Assembly: GCF_000143415.4 (NCBI RefSeq)
Contig: NW_003314271.1
Location: 2,502,285-2,566,284 of the forward strand
Length of the DNA: 64,000 nucleotides
Source of the DNA: Selaginella moellendorffii
Lineage: Eukaryota; Plantae; Lycopodiophyta
Direction: 5' to 3'
Below the pieces are notes generated by a model. The model saw only the letters and a list, made by a program, of their open reading frames with translations. It did no database searches and was not told the DNA's origin. Shown here in pieces: positions 58,916 through 64,000 of the stretch. Position 1 is the first letter of the stretch, and each line of letters begins with the position of its first letter. The translations under genes were made by a program, and so were the position numbers.

Positions 58916-61839
58916 ATGGAAGGCACCGACATGGAAGAAAGCCACGGCCCGCCGCCACGAATATCCTCGTCGAAGAAGCTCGGCCGGATGGATTCGCTGG
59001 AGCGTGATGCGGGGAAGGTCACGGGCATGGAGAACCATGGACGGAAGGTAGCTTTTTCTTTCTCCTCCCCCAATCGATCGAAACGATCGAAACGTCGACC
59101 CCTCGAGTTCTCCTCCTCTTTTCTTGATCTCGATCTCTTGAAATGAGCAAGGAATGTGGTTTCCAGATCTTGACGAGGGCGGTGATCCTCCGCCTGGCAT
59201 TCCAAACGATCGGTGTGGTGTATGGCGACATTGGAACCTCGCCGCTCTACGTGTTTAGCAGCACTTTCCCTGGCGGTATCTCGCGGGATCACTTGAAAAC
59301 CAACGTTCTTGGCGTGCTGTCGCTCATCATCTACACTCTCACGCTGAGCCCCCTCATCAAATACGTGTTCGTTGTGCTTCGAGCCAATGACAACGGCGAA
59401 GGTTGGGACAAGGAGCTTTGCTTTTGCGTTTTTGTTTGGATCTTCTCAAAGTTCCTGTGGTTTTTGTTGTTCTTGTTCTTGGAGAGCAGGTGGTGCGTTT
59501 GCGCTCTACTCGTTGATTTGTCGAAATGCCAACGTCGATGTGATGGGCAAGAGACACCCCGAGGACAAAAACTTGTCGGCGTACAAGCTCGACTTGCCGA
59601 ACCAGGGAAGGATTCGACGAGGGATCTGGATCAAGAATTTTCTAGAGGGACACAAGGCCGTCCACGTCGTGCTTCTGATGATCACCTTCTTTGGAACTTG
59701 CATGGTTATCGGCGATGGAACTCTCACCCCCTCCATCTCTGGTAAGAAGAAATTCACAGCTTTTTCATCGATCACTCGGAAAATTCTGGTTTTATTTTTT
59801 TCTTTCCAGTGCTGTCTGCTGTGCAAGGAATCCAAGTCCAAGTTCCAAACCTCAGCCAAAGTAAGAATTCATTTTTCTCTTTTCTCTTTAAATTTGTTGT
59901 TTGTTTCTTATGTTTCTAGTGCTCTAACTTGTTATTCGTTGCCTACGTTTCTAGTGTTCTAACGAGAAACCATGGTTGACTATCAGGTGTGATTGTCGTG
60001 GTTTCCATCGTCATTCTCATCTGCCTGTTTAGCGTCCAGCGATTTGGCACGGACAAGGTCGGCTTCATGTTTGCTCCAGTACTCACGATCTGGTTTGCCA
60101 TGATCGCTATGATCGGCCTCTACAACTTAATTCACCACGATCATGGAGTTCTCGCCGCCTTCAATCCCAAGTACATCTTCGACTACTTCAAGACCAACAA
60201 GCGGGAAGGATTCATCTCGCTGGGAGGAGTTGTTCTTTGCATCACAGGTTTGTGAGGCCTCTTCCTTCTTTTTCTTTGGTTTTTGCCTTCTAAAATCGTG
60301 ACACTGCTGCTCCACACCAGGAACTGAGGCCATGTTTGCGGACTTGGGCCATTTTTCGGTTCCTTCGATCCAAATCGCCTTCACAACCTACGTTTATCCT
60401 TCACTTCTCCTTGCTTACATTGGCCAAGCTGCCTATCTCATGGAGCATCCAGAGGACGTTGGAAGAGCTTTCTACAAATCAGTTCCAAGTAAGTTCATCT
60501 TGTCGAATCTCCAGAGCTTGACACCACTTTATTCTATTTGATCCAGAGCCTTTGTACTGGCCAATGTTTGTAGTAGCAGTGCTTGCAGCGATCATCGCGA
60601 GCCAGGCAATGATCTCGGCGGTGTTTCAGATCATCAAGCAGGCCGAGGCATTGGGATGCTTCCCACGGATCAAGGTCGTTCACACCTCGAAAAACTTCGT
60701 GGGTCAAGTTTATATCCCGGAGATGAATTGGTTCCTGATGTGTGCTTGTGTACTTATCACTGCGGCCTTCAGAGACACTACAACAATTGGAAACGCATAT
60801 GGTTAGTTCTTTCTTTCTTTCTTCCACCTCCTTTTAAATCTCTATTGTCTCTCTTTGTTTTCTTTCAGGAATCTGTGTGGTTATGGACATGGCTGTTACC
60901 ACCACTTTTACAACGATTATCATGGTTTTGATATGGAAGACACAATTGTTTCTAGCTCTACTCTATCTCCTCGTCTACTGGAGTGTGGAATTCACGTATT
61001 TCTCTGCTGTGGTCTACAAGTTTAAAGATGGAGGATGGCTTCCACTCCTCTTCGCAGCGCTCTTCCTCACGGTCATGGTCATTTGGTTCAGTGGAAACTC
61101 CAAGCGCTACAAATACGAGCTAGACAACAAGATCTCCATGGACTGGATCACCGGACTGGGGTCAAACCTGGGAGTCTCCCGAGTTCGTGGAGTTGGATTG
61201 GTCTACACGGAGCTTGCACAAGGAATCCCTTCCATCTTCTCGCACTACATTACGAATCTCCCGGCAATGCACTCAGTGATCATGTTCGTGACGATCAAAA
61301 ATTTGCCTGTGAGCAACGTTTTGTCGGAGGAGAGGTTCTTGTTTAGAAGGGTCGGGTCCAAGGAGTTTCGGATGTATCGCTGCATTGCAAGGTATGGCTA
61401 CAAGGATTGTCACAGGGGCGACACCCAGTTTGAGGAGGATCTCTTCAAGAGCTTGGCCGAGTTTATAAGCATTGAGGACGATGGGAAGCAAATGGAGGCC
61501 AGGCATTTGGGCGAGGCCGACACGGACAGCTGCAGTGTGGCGATCTATCCGGTTTCTCTCCAGTTATCGCCACCGCAAGCTCCAGAGGAGAGCGCGATCG
61601 CTATACCAGGCAGTGGAGTGGTGGAGGAGCTAGGATTTCTCGAGGAGTCCCGGAAAGCTGGGGTCGTATACTTGTTGGGCGACAACGATGTGAGAGCTCG
61701 CGAGGACTCGAGCTTTATCAACAAGTTTGTGGTGGACTACGGTTATGCGTTCCTCCGGAAAAACTTTAGGGAGAGCACTCTCATCCTCAACATTCCACAT
61801 ACGAGGCTCCTCAAGGTTGGCATGGTCTACTTTATATAA
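58916..61839 (+). CDS. HAK: KUP/HAK/KT potassium transporter (HAK5-like N-terminus); multi-exon
   Basis: [69 protein letters not shown], terminal LLKVGMVY. Confidence 0.97.
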
Positions 61840-62149
61840 GGAAACAAACAAAAGATGTGAAGATCCCCATGAAAAAGAACAAGGAGTGATCTTTTCCAAA
61901 AAATAAGGAACGTGACACGTCGTGTATAAAATCAAGCACCTATCACTTAGCCACCTTTCTTGTGGTCCTTGAGAGGAAGTCTTCTTTGGTGTGCTAGCTT
62001 CCGTGCACGGATATTGCAAATCAGTATATATGCCTGGAGGAGGGGATATGTGGAAATATTTGCGCTGACTAATTGGGTATATATTCTGGCAAATGACAAA
62101 ATTGTGACAGTTGAAAGTATTCAATTAACGTTTTATATGTAGATTAGCT

Positions 62150-64000
62150 CAGCAAATGTTGGGCAGAAAGTCAATGAAAGTCAATGTGGGCAATGAGCAA
62201 AACCATTTACAACATTGAAAAGTATACTTCATTGTTAAAGTTAAAAAGATTGTGACTTATTAGTTTTTTTAATTGGGAGGAGCAGGGAAAAGTATAACTC
62301 ATGTCTTATGGCCATTTTGCTATTGTTATCTAAAATGTAAATAATATCTTTACAATCATAAATTGTTTGATTCCATTGTATAACTATTAACAATGGTGAA
62401 TACATGTTTTAAATTTTTGGCCAAATTAGAAGTATAGGATCCTTGAAAACTTTCAGATTGTCCACAAATATTAATTTAAAATTTATAACAAAAGTAAATT
62501 TTTTTTCCTTTTAAAATTATAGGGTTGGTACATATGTATTTATTGGACCAGGAGAATAGGAAGCTCAGGAGCAGAGTGGCGAGCTTGCAAAAGAATGAGG
62601 AAATGATGGCACATAATATGCTTATATATTAAATTAATAATTTAGTCTTTAAAATTTCTGAGTTACTCTTTTTTTAAGATAGAATATTTGTAAAAAAGTT
62701 ACATTTTAATTTAATTCTGTCCATATTAAAAAAATATTCTATAATACCTATAAGTGAAATGATTCTAAATTTTAAATCATATTTGTATTTATATTTGCAA
62801 GAAGTATTTAATTATTTTACACTATATTATTCTGATTTGTTTTACTATATTATATTTCACCATTTACACTTTAATCACTTTCTTTTCTTAGCTTTATATT
62901 TTTAATATTAACTATTTTTTAAATAAATTTTATATATAAAAGTAAAATATTTACAATAAGTTTTGAATTTTTTTATTTCTTAATTCTATTTATAATTTAC
63001 TTTCTTCCATACCACTATATCTATTATAGAGTGAATAAGTCAAACTACTAAATTTATAAAAAGGAGAAAATTAAATATTTTTATATATAAAAATTATTAA
63101 AATAAAATATATATTTGTAAATGATAAGAAATTAGAATTTTGAGTGTATGTATACATATTTGATTAGCCTAAAAATATTAATTTTTATACAAAGTGACTA
63201 ATTTAGATTGAAACCAATCCAATAGTTATCATATACTAATAATAGTATATAATATCATAACTATACACTTTGACCTTACATTATCCTCCCTCTTAGAAAA
63301 ATAGAGGGATTTAAAAAAAAATTAAAAAAACACACTGGTGGATTATATATATAATTTTTGAGGGATTAGCTTGAAGAATATTGTGCCAAAGTTTATAAAT
63401 TTAAAATCCAACTTGCTATAACTTAATACAATCTCTTCCATTAAATAAGGAGCCCTTTAAATAAATCATGTACCATAAAATTGGGAAAATGAACTAACAC
63501 TATATACTATGTAGATGAATAATGATAAGAGTTCTAGCTCTATTTTTTTCCCATTTGTATATGACTTAAATATTCCACAAACTCAACTTGAGCCAATGAA
63601 AGAATGCTTATTAAATATTGATTTTAGATCTAGCATTAGTAACTCATGGCAATCATAAAGATAAACTTAATTTCATTAATAATATAGAATTATGACCATA
63701 TAAAAGTCTTGAAACATAAATGAAACTCTATACCCTTGTGACATGTATATATTGAAGATATAGCAATTTGATTGTTGAAAGTTTATATACTTTACAATCA
63801 TTTCCTTGAAAATTCAAATGAGTTATTCCATAAAACCATCTATTTACAGATAATAAACGCTTGTAAAAGATTGATATATCCCCAATTGAGATATCAAGAT
63901 GTAAAATGCCTCAACCTCAAATATAGGACTATTATTTAAAAGAATTAGCTCCAAACAAGAATGCTAAAGCACCATTTGATTAAAGCACCCTTTACCCTAT
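62150..64000 (-). mobile_element. Degenerate Ty3/gypsy (chromovirus-like) LTR retrotransposon remnant within very AT-rich DNA
   Basis: Minus strand: integrase-tail-like (F)IYVSRL at about 63705-63725, chromodomain-like LLI*WKRL..ASW at about 63405-63455, PPT AAGAGGGAGGATAA (63294-63281) followed directly by TGTAAGG (LTR start 63280). Confidence 0.6.

Noticed and set aside
62561-62586. AAGCTCAGGAG match to the 5' end of miR390
   Set aside because: Only 11 nt match, the 3' half differs and no precursor hairpin is evident.

Overview
Gene-dense land-plant nuclear DNA with very short introns (mostly about 50-70 nt) and tiny intergenic gaps. This architecture, with a GC-rich intronless PLS-class PPR gene, is most consistent with a Selaginella-like lycophyte (inference). 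About 24 protein-coding genes can be read: CYP71-clan P450, a hidden two-exon 91-aa gene, zeta-toxin-like NADKc, PPR-SMR, ASF1, sulfate transporter, RING E3, UTP15, U1A/U2B'', CDF-type Dof, LPA1-like P-loop protein, SURF2, BOR borate exporter (plus a decayed tandem copy), a divergent tyrosine phosphatase, an atypical kinase-like protein resembling fungal DUF3669, PLS/E PPR, NDUFA9, CIN-type TCP, RAB6/RABH1, LEA-like protein, LTPG-like protein, CRF-type AP2/ERF, DUF3700/Wali7 and KUP/HAK. Two AT-rich, CpG-depleted blocks (about 30.6-34.2 kb and 62.2-64 kb) look like decayed retroelements. The most unusual observation is a head-to-head pair on a 134-bp spacer: a catalytically altered PTP and the intronless DUF3669-like kinase-fold gene. 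All family calls come from recalled motifs; no database search was run.
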